NCBI GenBank assembly: GCA_963720665.1
Contig: CAVRGI010000014.1
Location: 38,643 to 102,642 of the forward strand
Reading direction: 5' to 3'
From: an uncultured Solirubrobacterales bacterium
GTDB taxonomy: Bacteria > Actinomycetota > Thermoleophilia > Solirubrobacterales > Solirubrobacteraceae
Length of the DNA stretch: 64,000 nucleotides
The notes under the pieces are model-generated. The model did no database searches and was not told the DNA's origin. It worked only from the letters and a program-made list of their open reading frames with translations. Position numbers and translations under genes: made by a program. Shown one piece after another: positions 37,113-45,149 of this stretch; position 1 is the stretch's first letter, and each line of letters starts with the position of its first letter.

Positions 37113-38607
37113 CGTACCCCCGAGCGCCGGCGCCGAGCGCGCGGCGTACGCGCCCGGGCGCCTGTCGGCGCGCAATCCCGAGGCGCGCGCGGGCTCCTAC
37201 GCGCGCGGCGCGCGGATCCTCTCGATCGGAATCGCTTGCACGGGGCTGCTGACGCTCGCCTACTTCGCGATCTCCAGCCACGTGCTCGATCCGGCCGCGG
37301 CGTCACGCATCGCCCTTCTGTGGTCGGTGATGTTCGTGATCATCTCGGTGATCTACCGCCCGATCGAACAGCTGCTCTCGCGGACGATCGCCGAGCGGCG
37401 AGCGCGCGGACATGCTCAGCACCCGCTGCGCGTGCCCGTCGCGATCCAGGCGGGCTTCGCGCTCGCGTTCCTGATCGCCGCCCTGGCGCTCAAGGAAACC
37501 CTGATCGACGACGTCTTCGAACACTATGCGGCGCTCTACTACGTGCTGGTGGCGGGCACGTTGGCCTACGCGGCGAGCTACTTCGCGCGCGGCTGGCTGG
37601 CGGGCCACGAGTACTTCGCCCTGTACGGCGGCCTCGTGCTGATGGAGTCGCTCTCGCGCCTGTGCTTCGCGCTCGCGGTCGCGCTGGGGATCGCGAGCGG
37701 CCAGACGGCGGTCGCGCTGGGGATCGCGGCGGCGCCGCTGGTTTCGCTGATCGTCGTGCCGGCCGCGTTCGCGCGGCAGAGGGAAGACCGGATGCGGGTC
37801 GGTGTCGCGGATGCACCCGCGACGCACGCCGCCGACACGGCGCTCGCGGGGCCGATCACGGCCGATGAGGCCGATGCCGCGCTGGCGGGTCCCGGCACCG
37901 AGGGCGTGCAGGAGGCAGCCGCCCACGACGAGCTGTCGGTCCGGCGCAGCACCGGGTTCGCTGGTTGGGTGTCCGGGATCATGCTCTCCGAGCAGACGCT
38001 GTTGAACGCGGCGGTGCTGACGGTGGCGGCGACTGCAGCCAACAAAGCGCTCGCGGGGATCGTGTTCGATGTGCTGCTGATCGCCCGCGCGCCGCTGCAG
38101 CTGTTCCAGGCGATCCAGACCTCGCTGTTGCCGCACCTGACCGGCCTTGAGACGACCGCGGGGCACCGCGCGTTCGCGCGCGCGGTGCGCGTCACCGTGC
38201 TCGCGATCGGTGGCTTCGCGGCCCTTGTCGCGCTCGCCTTGCTGGCGATCGGGCCGTTCGTCATGGAACACCTGTTCGGCCAGCACTACCCGTACGGCCG
38301 CGTCGGCCTGGCGCTCGTCGGGGTCGGCATGGGGCTGCATCTCACCTCTGGTGCGCTCAACCAGGCCGCGCTCGCGCGCAACCGCGCGCGCGCGGCGGCC
38401 GTCTGCTGGCTGTTGGCAGCGGGCCTGTTCCTCGGCTGGATGCTGACCCCGGCGGTCGCCAACCAGCTGTCACGAACCGAGATCGGCTACGCCGGCGCTA
38501 CCGGCCTGCTCGCGCTGATGCTGTGGACGGTCTACCGCCAGGGTTCGCGCACGCTGGATCGCGGCGCGATTCAGTCGGCGCCGACGGCGCGCGCGATCGC
38601 GCGGTAG
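37099..38607 (+). CDS. Polysaccharide biosynthesis/flippase-like (MOP/Wzx-type) membrane protein
   Basis: A multi-TM protein of about 500 aa. The TTG at 37099 (or 37030) is the only canonical start. Membership of the flippase family is inferred from topology and context only. Confidence 0.6.
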   Translation: MSGSSVPPSAGAERAAYAPGRLSARNPEARAGSYARGARILSIGIACTGLLTLAYFAISSHVLDPAAASRIALLWSVMFVIISVIYRPIEQLLSRTIAERRARGHAQHPLRVPVAIQAGFALAFLIAALALKETLIDDVFEHYAALYYVLVAGTLAYAASYFARGWLAGHEYFALYGGLVLMESLSRLCFALAVALGIASGQTAVALGIAAAPLVSLIVVPAAFARQREDRMRVGVADAPATHAADTALAGPITADEADAALAGPGTEGVQEAAAHDELSVRRSTGFAGWVSGIMLSEQTLLNAAVLTVAATAANKALAGIVFDVLLIARAPLQLFQAIQTSLLPHLTGLETTAGHRAFARAVRVTVLAIGGFAALVALALLAIGPFVMEHLFGQHYPYGRVGLALVGVGMGLHLTSGALNQAALARNRARAAAVCWLLAAGLFLGWMLTPAVANQLSRTEIGYAGATGLLALMLWTVYRQGSRTLDRGAIQSAPTARAIAR

Positions 38608-39260
38608 GCCTCCCCGGGATCCGCGGCGTCGAAGATCGCCGAACCGGCGACGAACACGTTCGCGCCCACCTCCCGGCAGGCCGCGGCGGTTCGCGGATCG
38701 ATGCCGCCGTCCACCTGCACCGCGATCTCGCTGCCGACGATCGCCCGCACGCGCAGGACCTTGTCGAGCGAATGGGGAATGAACTGCTGCCCGCCCCAAC
38801 CCGGGTTGACCGTCATGCACAGCGCCATGTCGATCGCGCCGGTGACCTCCGCGAACGTCCCGACCGCGGTCGCCGGGTTGATCGCCAGCCCGACCGCCGC
38901 GCCCCGCTCGCGCAGCAGCCCCGCGGTGTAGGAGACGTGCGGTGTGGCCTCCGCGTGAAAGGTGACCGTGTCGGCGCCGGCCTGGACGAAGTCCGGGATG
39001 TGCCGCTCGGGGCGCTCGATCATCAGGTGCACGTCGAGCAGCGCTTGGGCGCCCTCCGCCTGTTCGCGCAGCGCGGCGACGACGAGCGGCCCGACGGTGA
39101 TCGGCGGCACGAAGTGACCGTCCATGACGTCCACGTGGATCACGCTCGCACCGGCGTCGAGCACCTCGCCGACCTGCTCTCTGAGGCGGGCGAAGTCGGC
39201 CGAGAGGATCGAAGGCGCCACGTGCACGCGTCCGAGCCTCTCGGCTACGGCGTCGTTCAT
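38571..39260 (-). CDS. rpe: Ribulose-phosphate 3-epimerase
   Basis: From the ATG at 39260: ...VAPSILSADFARL...HVDVMDGHFVPPIT... The longer ORF to 39452 was trimmed. Confidence 0.9.
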   Translation of the reverse strand: MNDAVAERLGRVHVAPSILSADFARLREQVGEVLDAGASVIHVDVMDGHFVPPITVGPLVVAALREQAEGAQALLDVHLMIERPERHIPDFVQAGADTVTFHAEATPHVSYTAGLLRERGAAVGLAINPATAVGTFAEVTGAIDMALCMTVNPGWGGQQFIPHSLDKVLRVRAIVGSEIAVQVDGGIDPRTAAACREVGANVFVAGSAIFDAADPGEAYRAIARAVGAD

Positions 39261-39505
39261 ATCGGCTGCAACATGCTGTCGCCGCAGTTGTTGCACTTCA
39301 CGATGGCCGTAGATGACATGCGCACGATCGTCGAGTGCTCCCCGCAGTTCGGGCATACCGACGAGAGCTCGAAGCGGTGCAGGCAGTAGACGCAGCGGTA
39401 GCGGCCCGGGAGATTCGACGGCCGCAGCCACGGCTCGCCGCAGCTCGGACATTCTGGGCCGAGCCGGACGATGGCCTTGGCAGCCGCGTTCCGCTCCTCG
39501 CCCAC
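39257..39505 (-). CDS. Small double zinc-ribbon protein (four CxxC pairs)
   Basis: 82 aa with CPSC, CVYC, CPNC and CNNC pairs. Its stop overlaps the rpe ATG (ATGA). Confidence 0.55.
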   Translation of the reverse strand: MGEERNAAAKAIVRLGPECPSCGEPWLRPSNLPGRYRCVYCLHRFELSSVCPNCGEHSTIVRMSSTAIVKCNNCGDSMLQPI

Positions 39506-39510
39506 CTGGC

Positions 39511-40941
39511 TCAGCCCTCCCTACGCAGCCGGGCGATGAAGAACCCGGCGGTGTGGTCGCGCTGCGGCAGCGTCAGCACCGTCTCCGGCGCGCGCGGATT
39601 GGCGTAGGCGCCCAGCACGGGGCGGAGATCATCGAGCCCGAAGTGCGGACTGGCATCGAGGAACACGGCGATCTGGCGCTCGTTCTCGGTCGCAGAGATA
39701 GTGCACGTAGAGTAGACCAGCACGCCTCCCGGACGGACTGCCCCGGCGGCCGCCGCCAGGATCCTGCTCTGGGCCAGCTCGAGTCCGGGCATCCGCGCCG
39801 GCTGCATTCGCCAGCGCAGATCGGGATGGGCCTGCAGCGTGCCCAGTCCCGAGCACGGCGGGTCGACGAGCACGCGGTCGAACGCGCGATCCGCGTCGAA
39901 GCGAAGGCGGGCCGCGTCGGCCAGTTCGACGCGCACGTTGCCCGCGCGCAGCCGGCGCGCGGTGCGCGCGAGCGCGCCGGCGCGCCGCCGGTCTCGCTCG
40001 ACCGCCACGACCTCGCCCGTGCCCCCCATCAGCGCCGCCAGATGGGTGCTCTTGCCTCCCGGCGCGGCGCACAGGTCGAGCAGCCGCTCGCGCGGTCGCG
40101 GATCGACGGCGCGCGCGACCAGCATCGCCGCGCGCGACTGTGCGAGGAACGCGCCTTCGCGCCACAGCCTCGAGGCGTGCGCGTCGAACGGGTCTTCGAG
40201 CACGAGCGCCTCGGGAATCCGCGCATCGAGGCGCGCCCTCACCGGCTGTTCACCGTGCTGCGGATCGCCGCGCGCGAGCGCTCGCGCGAGCGTGGGCGCA
40301 TCGGTCACCAGCGTGTTCGCGCGCAACGCCTGCTCGCCGGGCTCGTTGTCGTAGGCCATCAGCGCGCGCGCCCCGTCGGCGCCGAGCTGATCCCACCACA
40401 GGTGCGCGATCCACTCCGGATGGGAGTGCTTGACGCTCGCTCGCTGCGGCGTGCGATCGTCGAGCGCGTCGCGCAGCGCCGCGCCTTCGCGCGCGGCGCG
40501 CCGCAGCACCGCGTTGACCAGCCCGTGGCCCGCAGGCCCCGCGCCCTTGGCCAGCTCGACCACATCGGCCACGACCGCCCAGTCGGGTGCGCCCGCGGTG
40601 TACAGAAGCTCGTACAGCCCGAGCCGCAGCGCCGCGAGCACGTGCGCGTCGAGCTGTTCGGGCGGACGCCCGGCGAGGGTCCGGGTCAGGTGATCGAGCG
40701 TGCCCCTGCGCTGCACGGCTCCGTAAGCCAGGCGCTTGGCCAGCGCCCGGTCGCGTGGCGCGAGGCCACGCGCCTGCGCCTGCAGCGCCTTGTCGGCGTA
40801 TGCGCCGCGCTCGAACACCCGACGCAGGACTGCGTACGCGCACGCGCGCGCCGGCGCCACGCTCGCTCGCGGCGCGGCCGCCGCGACCGGCAGCGGGCGA
40901 GCGTCGTGCGACGAGCGTCTCACGCCATCACCGCCTCTCAA
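39511..40941 (-). CDS. rsmB: 16S rRNA (cytosine967-C5)-methyltransferase
   Basis: 476 aa with a NusB-like N-terminus and DLCAAPGGKS, DPPCSGLG and YSTCT motifs. Confidence 0.9.
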   Translation of the reverse strand: MRGGDGVRRSSHDARPLPVAAAAPRASVAPARACAYAVLRRVFERGAYADKALQAQARGLAPRDRALAKRLAYGAVQRRGTLDHLTRTLAGRPPEQLDAHVLAALRLGLYELLYTAGAPDWAVVADVVELAKGAGPAGHGLVNAVLRRAAREGAALRDALDDRTPQRASVKHSHPEWIAHLWWDQLGADGARALMAYDNEPGEQALRANTLVTDAPTLARALARGDPQHGEQPVRARLDARIPEALVLEDPFDAHASRLWREGAFLAQSRAAMLVARAVDPRPRERLLDLCAAPGGKSTHLAALMGGTGEVVAVERDRRRAGALARTARRLRAGNVRVELADAARLRFDADRAFDRVLVDPPCSGLGTLQAHPDLRWRMQPARMPGLELAQSRILAAAAGAVRPGGVLVYSTCTISATENERQIAVFLDASPHFGLDDLRPVLGAYANPRAPETVLTLPQRDHTAGFFIARLRREG

Positions 40942-41873
40942 CCCGCGGACGCGCGCTCGCCCGGCAGCTCATGTCCGCGAAGATACGACGCCGCGTCCAT
41001 CGGCCTGCCGCCGGGCGGCTGAACGACGAGCAGCTCGAGCGGCGCGTCGCGCGCTCCATACAGCAGGCGCTCGCCAGCCCGGGCGAGCTCGCCCGCCGGA
41101 GGCCCGCCGCTCGCGGATAGCTCGCCGGCGCGCGCCTCGAGCACTCCGAGCAGGTCTCCCCCGCTCAGCGCGAGCCGGGAGCCGATGTGAGGATGCAGCG
41201 CCCTGACGACCCGCTCGAGCTCGAGCGAAGTGCGCGCGCCTGTCAGCAGGCGATCCTCGGGGCCGATCTTCTCGGCGTAGGTCGCCTGGCGCTCATCCTG
41301 CTCGGCGCACTCGAGCGCCGTACCCCGTGCCAGCTCGTCGAGGGCGCGCACGAGCAGCTCCCCACCCAGCGTCTGCAGCCGCCCGGCCAGCGACCCGTAG
41401 GTGTCCTGCGCTCCGATCGGCGCGGCTCCGGCGAGGCAGACCGGGCCACTGTCCAGGCCCGCGGTGAGGCGCATGATCGACACCCCGGTGCGCTCGTCGC
41501 CCGCCATGATCGCCCGCTCCACCGGCGCCGCGCCGCGCCAGCGCGGCAGCAGCGAGGGGTGCACGTTGAGCAGCTCATGTTCCGACAGCAGCGGCTCCTT
41601 GATCAACGCGCCAAAAGCGCAGACGACGACGACCTCGGGCCGCGTCCTCGCGATCCGCTCGCGCGTCGCGGCCTCGTTCACCGTCGCCGGCTGCTCGGTC
41701 GCGATCTCGAGCCTGCGCGCGGCCCGTGCCACCGGCGGCGAGCCCAGTCTGCGCCCGCGCCCGCGCGGACGGTCCGGGCGGGTGAGCACGAGCTGCGGGC
41801 GGTGAGCGCTTGCCGCGAGTCGCTCCAGCACGGCGACCGCAAACTCGGATGTGCCCAGGAAGACGGTGCGCAC
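40938..41873 (-). CDS. fmt: Methionyl-tRNA formyltransferase
   Basis: 311 aa, MRTVFLGTSEFAV...HPSLLPRWRGAAP. Confidence 0.95.
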   Translation of the reverse strand: MRTVFLGTSEFAVAVLERLAASAHRPQLVLTRPDRPRGRGRRLGSPPVARAARRLEIATEQPATVNEAATRERIARTRPEVVVVCAFGALIKEPLLSEHELLNVHPSLLPRWRGAAPVERAIMAGDERTGVSIMRLTAGLDSGPVCLAGAAPIGAQDTYGSLAGRLQTLGGELLVRALDELARGTALECAEQDERQATYAEKIGPEDRLLTGARTSLELERVVRALHPHIGSRLALSGGDLLGVLEARAGELSASGGPPAGELARAGERLLYGARDAPLELLVVQPPGGRPMDAASYLRGHELPGERASAG

Positions 41874-41895
41874 GACGCTCGCGCCGCTTGACCGG

Positions 41896-42690
41896 CTAGG
41901 AGGGAGTGGCGTCGGACTCGGCCGCGCTCACCGTCGACGCGTCCTCCCCCGGGCTCTCGCTGGCCTCGCCGCGCCGACCCTCGCTGGCCTCGCCGCGCCG
42001 ACCCTCGCTGCCCTCGCCGCCCGGGCCCTCGCTGGCCTCGCCGCCCGGGGCCTCACGGGCTTCGCGCAGCGCGCGCATCGCGTCGCGGCGCGCCTCGCGG
42101 GAGATGCGGTCGAGGATCAGGATCCCGTCGAGGTGGTCGACCTCGTGCTGGATGACGCGCGCCTCGAGACCTTCGGCATCGACGACGAGCTCCTCCCCCG
42201 AGGCGTCCTGGGCGCGCGCGCGAATGCGCGCCGGGCGCTCGACCTCGACGTGCACCCCGGGGATGCTGAGGCAGCCCTCTTCGGCTGTCTCGCGCTCATC
42301 GCTGCGCCACTCGATGACCGGGTTGACGAGCGCAGTGATCGGGTCGTCGGGCTGCGCGCGGTAGACCAGGACGCGGTGCAGAACCCCCAGCTGGGTGGCG
42401 GCCAGGCCGACGCCGAGCGCGTCGCTCATCAGCTCGCCCATGCGGCCGACCTCCGCCCGCAGCGCGTCGTCGAAGCGGTCCACCGCGACCGCGCTCGCCC
42501 GCAGCACCGGGTCCCCGAGCTTGCGCACCTGTGCGAGCGCTGCGTCGCGCAGCGCGCGTGTCTCGTCGTCGAGCTCTTCGCTTGTCGAGACCGGCTCGGA
42601 GGCCTCGACCTCGACGTCGGCCTCAGCGGAGCGCGTCGTCGGATGCTCGGGCCGCGCCTGCTCGGTGGCGGTGCTGTCCTGTGCGGGCAT
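41896..42690 (-). CDS. def: Peptide deformylase with N- and C-terminal low-complexity extensions
   Basis: The core has GVGLAATQLG, EGCLSIPG and QHEVDHLDG. It is flanked by an acidic leader of about 45 aa and a GEASEG-repeat tail. Confidence 0.9.
   Translation of the reverse strand: MPAQDSTATEQARPEHPTTRSAEADVEVEASEPVSTSEELDDETRALRDAALAQVRKLGDPVLRASAVAVDRFDDALRAEVGRMGELMSDALGVGLAATQLGVLHRVLVYRAQPDDPITALVNPVIEWRSDERETAEEGCLSIPGVHVEVERPARIRARAQDASGEELVVDAEGLEARVIQHEVDHLDGILILDRISREARRDAMRALREAREAPGGEASEGPGGEGSEGRRGEASEGRRGEASESPGEDASTVSAAESDATPS
41956..42051 (-). repeat. 4 x 24-bp tandem repeat in the def 3' end
   Basis: Units 41956-41979 and 41980-42003 are identical (ctcgctggcctcgccgcgccgacc). 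Two more diverged units follow. They encode GEASEGRR/GEGSEGPG octapeptides. Confidence 0.9.
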
Positions 42691-42726
42691 GATGCATTGA
42701 GTTTATGAGATGCCCTGTGCGAATCC

Positions 42727-45105
42727 TCAGCGCCTGGCGCGCTTGGCCTTAGCCATGCGCAGCGTCGCGAGGGCTTGCGTCGTGGCGCTCGTACCGGCGG
42801 GGTCGCGAGCCACGATCGTGCTGCGCACGCGCAAACGGTGTGTGTGTGCGAGCAACCGGCGCGCCTTCGCCGACAGGTGCAGCGTGAGCGCGTCCACCTT
42901 CCCGGCGCCGGCTGTGAACGAGGCGCTCGCGAGGGTCAGCACCGTGGCCCGCGCCTTCGCGACCGACGCGATACTGACCGGCCCGAACGTACGCAGCGTC
43001 AGCGTGCCCTTACAGCTGCCCACGCCGGCGGGGCATGCGACCCTGACGGTCAGCCTCCCGGATGGGCTCGCCACCAGCGAGGCGCTCGCCAGGGTGACGG
43101 TGGGCGCGCGGGGGTTGGCCGCGGGCTGGACGCTGCCCGGGAGGTTCGCCGTCAGCGGTGATTTTTCTGCTTCGCGCCTGGCCGCGGCCGCGGCTTCTTC
43201 TTCTTCCTGGTGCCTTTTGGCGGCTTCTTCTTCTTGCTTGCGTTTTTCAGCTTGTTCGCGTTCTTCCCGCTTCCTTTTCGCTTCTTCTTCTTCTTCTTGG
43301 ACCTTCCTTCTGGCTTGTTCTGCTTCGGTGAGTACTTCTACCGCGGTGCTCGACGTCCCGGTCAGGCCGTAGCTGTCGGTGACGGTCAATGTCACGAGGT
43401 AGGTCCCGGTGCTGGCGTACGTGTGCGTTGGCGCAGGCCCGCTGCTGGCAGGGCTGCCGTCGCCCCAATTCCAGCTGTAGCTGACGATCCCCACGCGGTA
43501 GGGATCTTTCGCGCTGCCGTTGAAGCTCAGTTCCGTCCCGTTGGTCGGCCGGCTGGGCGGGGCGATCACCGGGGTCGGCGACTGCGGTCTGAACGCGCCC
43601 AACCCCTTCGGCGCGCCGACGCCGGACGGCCCATCGAGACCGCCCGCGGCGTTGCAGGCCCTCGTTTCGCCGCAATCCACCTGCCCGAGGCCGGCATCCT
43701 GTTCAGCACAGCGTGCCAGCGCCTCGCCGTCGCAGTAGCCGCTGGCGCCTTCTGTGACGTCATACAGCGATGACCCGAGGTCATCGGCGTAGACCGTCAG
43801 CGCCGGATAGCTCAACCCGCCGCTGCCGCCGGCGAGGGCATAGAGCGCGGTGATCAGCGGCGTCGACAGCGACGTGCCGCCGATCGTTATCCAGCCTTTG
43901 CCGAATCCTTCGCTCGTACAGCGGCTGCCGCATTCGTCGGTGTCATAGATGTCAAAACCGGTGAAGGGATCGCCAACCGCCGAGACATCGGCCGCGAGCC
44001 GTTTGTTGCCGCAGCCGCTCGCTTGGAAGTCGGGCACGTCCTGCTGCTGCCAGGGCTGCGCTTCAAAGAGCGTGCTGCAGCCCCCGCCCGTGGCGCCTTC
44101 GGCGCTTTTGTTCTGACGTCCTTTTTTGTCGCCGACACCGTTGTTGTTCCACACGGTCTCGCTCGCGCGCGTGCCGTTTTCTTCGAGGTGAAGCGAGGTG
44201 CCCCCGACGGCCACCACGGAAGGAAACGACGCGGGCGCCTCGGGCTTGCCCGCCGCGCGTTTGCCTTCGTTGACGAGGTCCCAGTCGTAGTAGCCGTCGT
44301 CGCCGCTGGCGGCGGCGATCACGACTCCGGGATGGACATAGGCTGCCTGTTCGGCGCTTCCGAGCTGCGACTCGGGGCCGCCATAAGAGTTCGAGACCTC
44401 GGTCGCCCCGAGGGCGACCGCCTCGTTGACCCCCGCCGCGAGATCGGCGAAGGTTTCGCTGTTGGTCTCGACGAGCAGGATCTTGCAGTTCGGGCAGACC
44501 CCGTGGACGGTCTCCACGTCGAGTGCGATCTCCCCCGACCAGCCGGCTTTGTCCTGTTTGGGCAGCGACGTCGGGCTTCCGGTCTGGCCGACCTTTGCGA
44601 AGCAGCCGTTGGCGGTCGTACAGGCCGGGAGTCCGTATTGATGGTCGAATTCGGCGAGATCGCTTTCGATCTTCGGATCGTCGTACGCATCGACGATCGC
44701 GACCGTCTGGCCACTGCCGCCGCCCTGCCCTTGTTCGTATTCGTACGCTCTGGCGAGCTGCTGCGGCGTGAGGCCGCCCGCGGGGCCGGAGGAGGCGGCC
44801 CCGTCGTTTTCGGTGTAGGGCTGTACGCCGGCGCTCGTTGCTTCGCTCGAGGCCGCGGGCACGCGAAACAGGGCAAAGCAGCTGGCGTGGCCCGCGGTCG
44901 GCGCCCGACACGCGTGCCGTACCCGCGCGTAGCGGACATGCAGGCGCGGTGCAGCTTCGCTGCTCGACGCAGCCGCCAGCGCGGCCGCCAGCGCGGCGAG
45001 CAGGGCGAACGCGGCCCGCGTGCTACGCACGCCGGCGCGCATCCTGAATCTGCCCGCGCTTCTGTGAATCCGTCGGCGCATACTCCCCATGACTAGCGTG
45101 CGCAC
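42727..45105 (-). CDS. Secreted S53 (sedolisin/kumamolisin-like) peptidase with PKD domain, charged helical spacer and C-terminal domain
   Basis: A signal-like AAFALLAALAAALAAASSSEA is followed by a pro-domain, AIVDAYDDPKIESDLAEFDHQYGLP, EIALDVE and GGTSLSTP. Next come a PKD-like YSWNWGDGSP...YLVTLTVTD, an E/K/R-rich stretch of about 55 aa and an unassigned C-terminal domain of about 150 aa. Confidence 0.8.
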   Translation of the reverse strand: MRTLVMGSMRRRIHRSAGRFRMRAGVRSTRAAFALLAALAAALAAASSSEAAPRLHVRYARVRHACRAPTAGHASCFALFRVPAASSEATSAGVQPYTENDGAASSGPAGGLTPQQLARAYEYEQGQGGGSGQTVAIVDAYDDPKIESDLAEFDHQYGLPACTTANGCFAKVGQTGSPTSLPKQDKAGWSGEIALDVETVHGVCPNCKILLVETNSETFADLAAGVNEAVALGATEVSNSYGGPESQLGSAEQAAYVHPGVVIAAASGDDGYYDWDLVNEGKRAAGKPEAPASFPSVVAVGGTSLHLEENGTRASETVWNNNGVGDKKGRQNKSAEGATGGGCSTLFEAQPWQQQDVPDFQASGCGNKRLAADVSAVGDPFTGFDIYDTDECGSRCTSEGFGKGWITIGGTSLSTPLITALYALAGGSGGLSYPALTVYADDLGSSLYDVTEGASGYCDGEALARCAEQDAGLGQVDCGETRACNAAGGLDGPSGVGAPKGLGAFRPQSPTPVIAPPSRPTNGTELSFNGSAKDPYRVGIVSYSWNWGDGSPASSGPAPTHTYASTGTYLVTLTVTDSYGLTGTSSTAVEVLTEAEQARRKVQEEEEEAKRKREEREQAEKRKQEEEAAKRHQEEEEAAAAARREAEKSPLTANLPGSVQPAANPRAPTVTLASASLVASPSGRLTVRVACPAGVGSCKGTLTLRTFGPVSIASVAKARATVLTLASASFTAGAGKVDALTLHLSAKARRLLAHTHRLRVRSTIVARDPAGTSATTQALATLRMAKAKRARR

Positions 45106-45149
45106 GTAAAGTCGCGGTTTAGCGTACTGCGGATCGGTCGCGGTTACGC

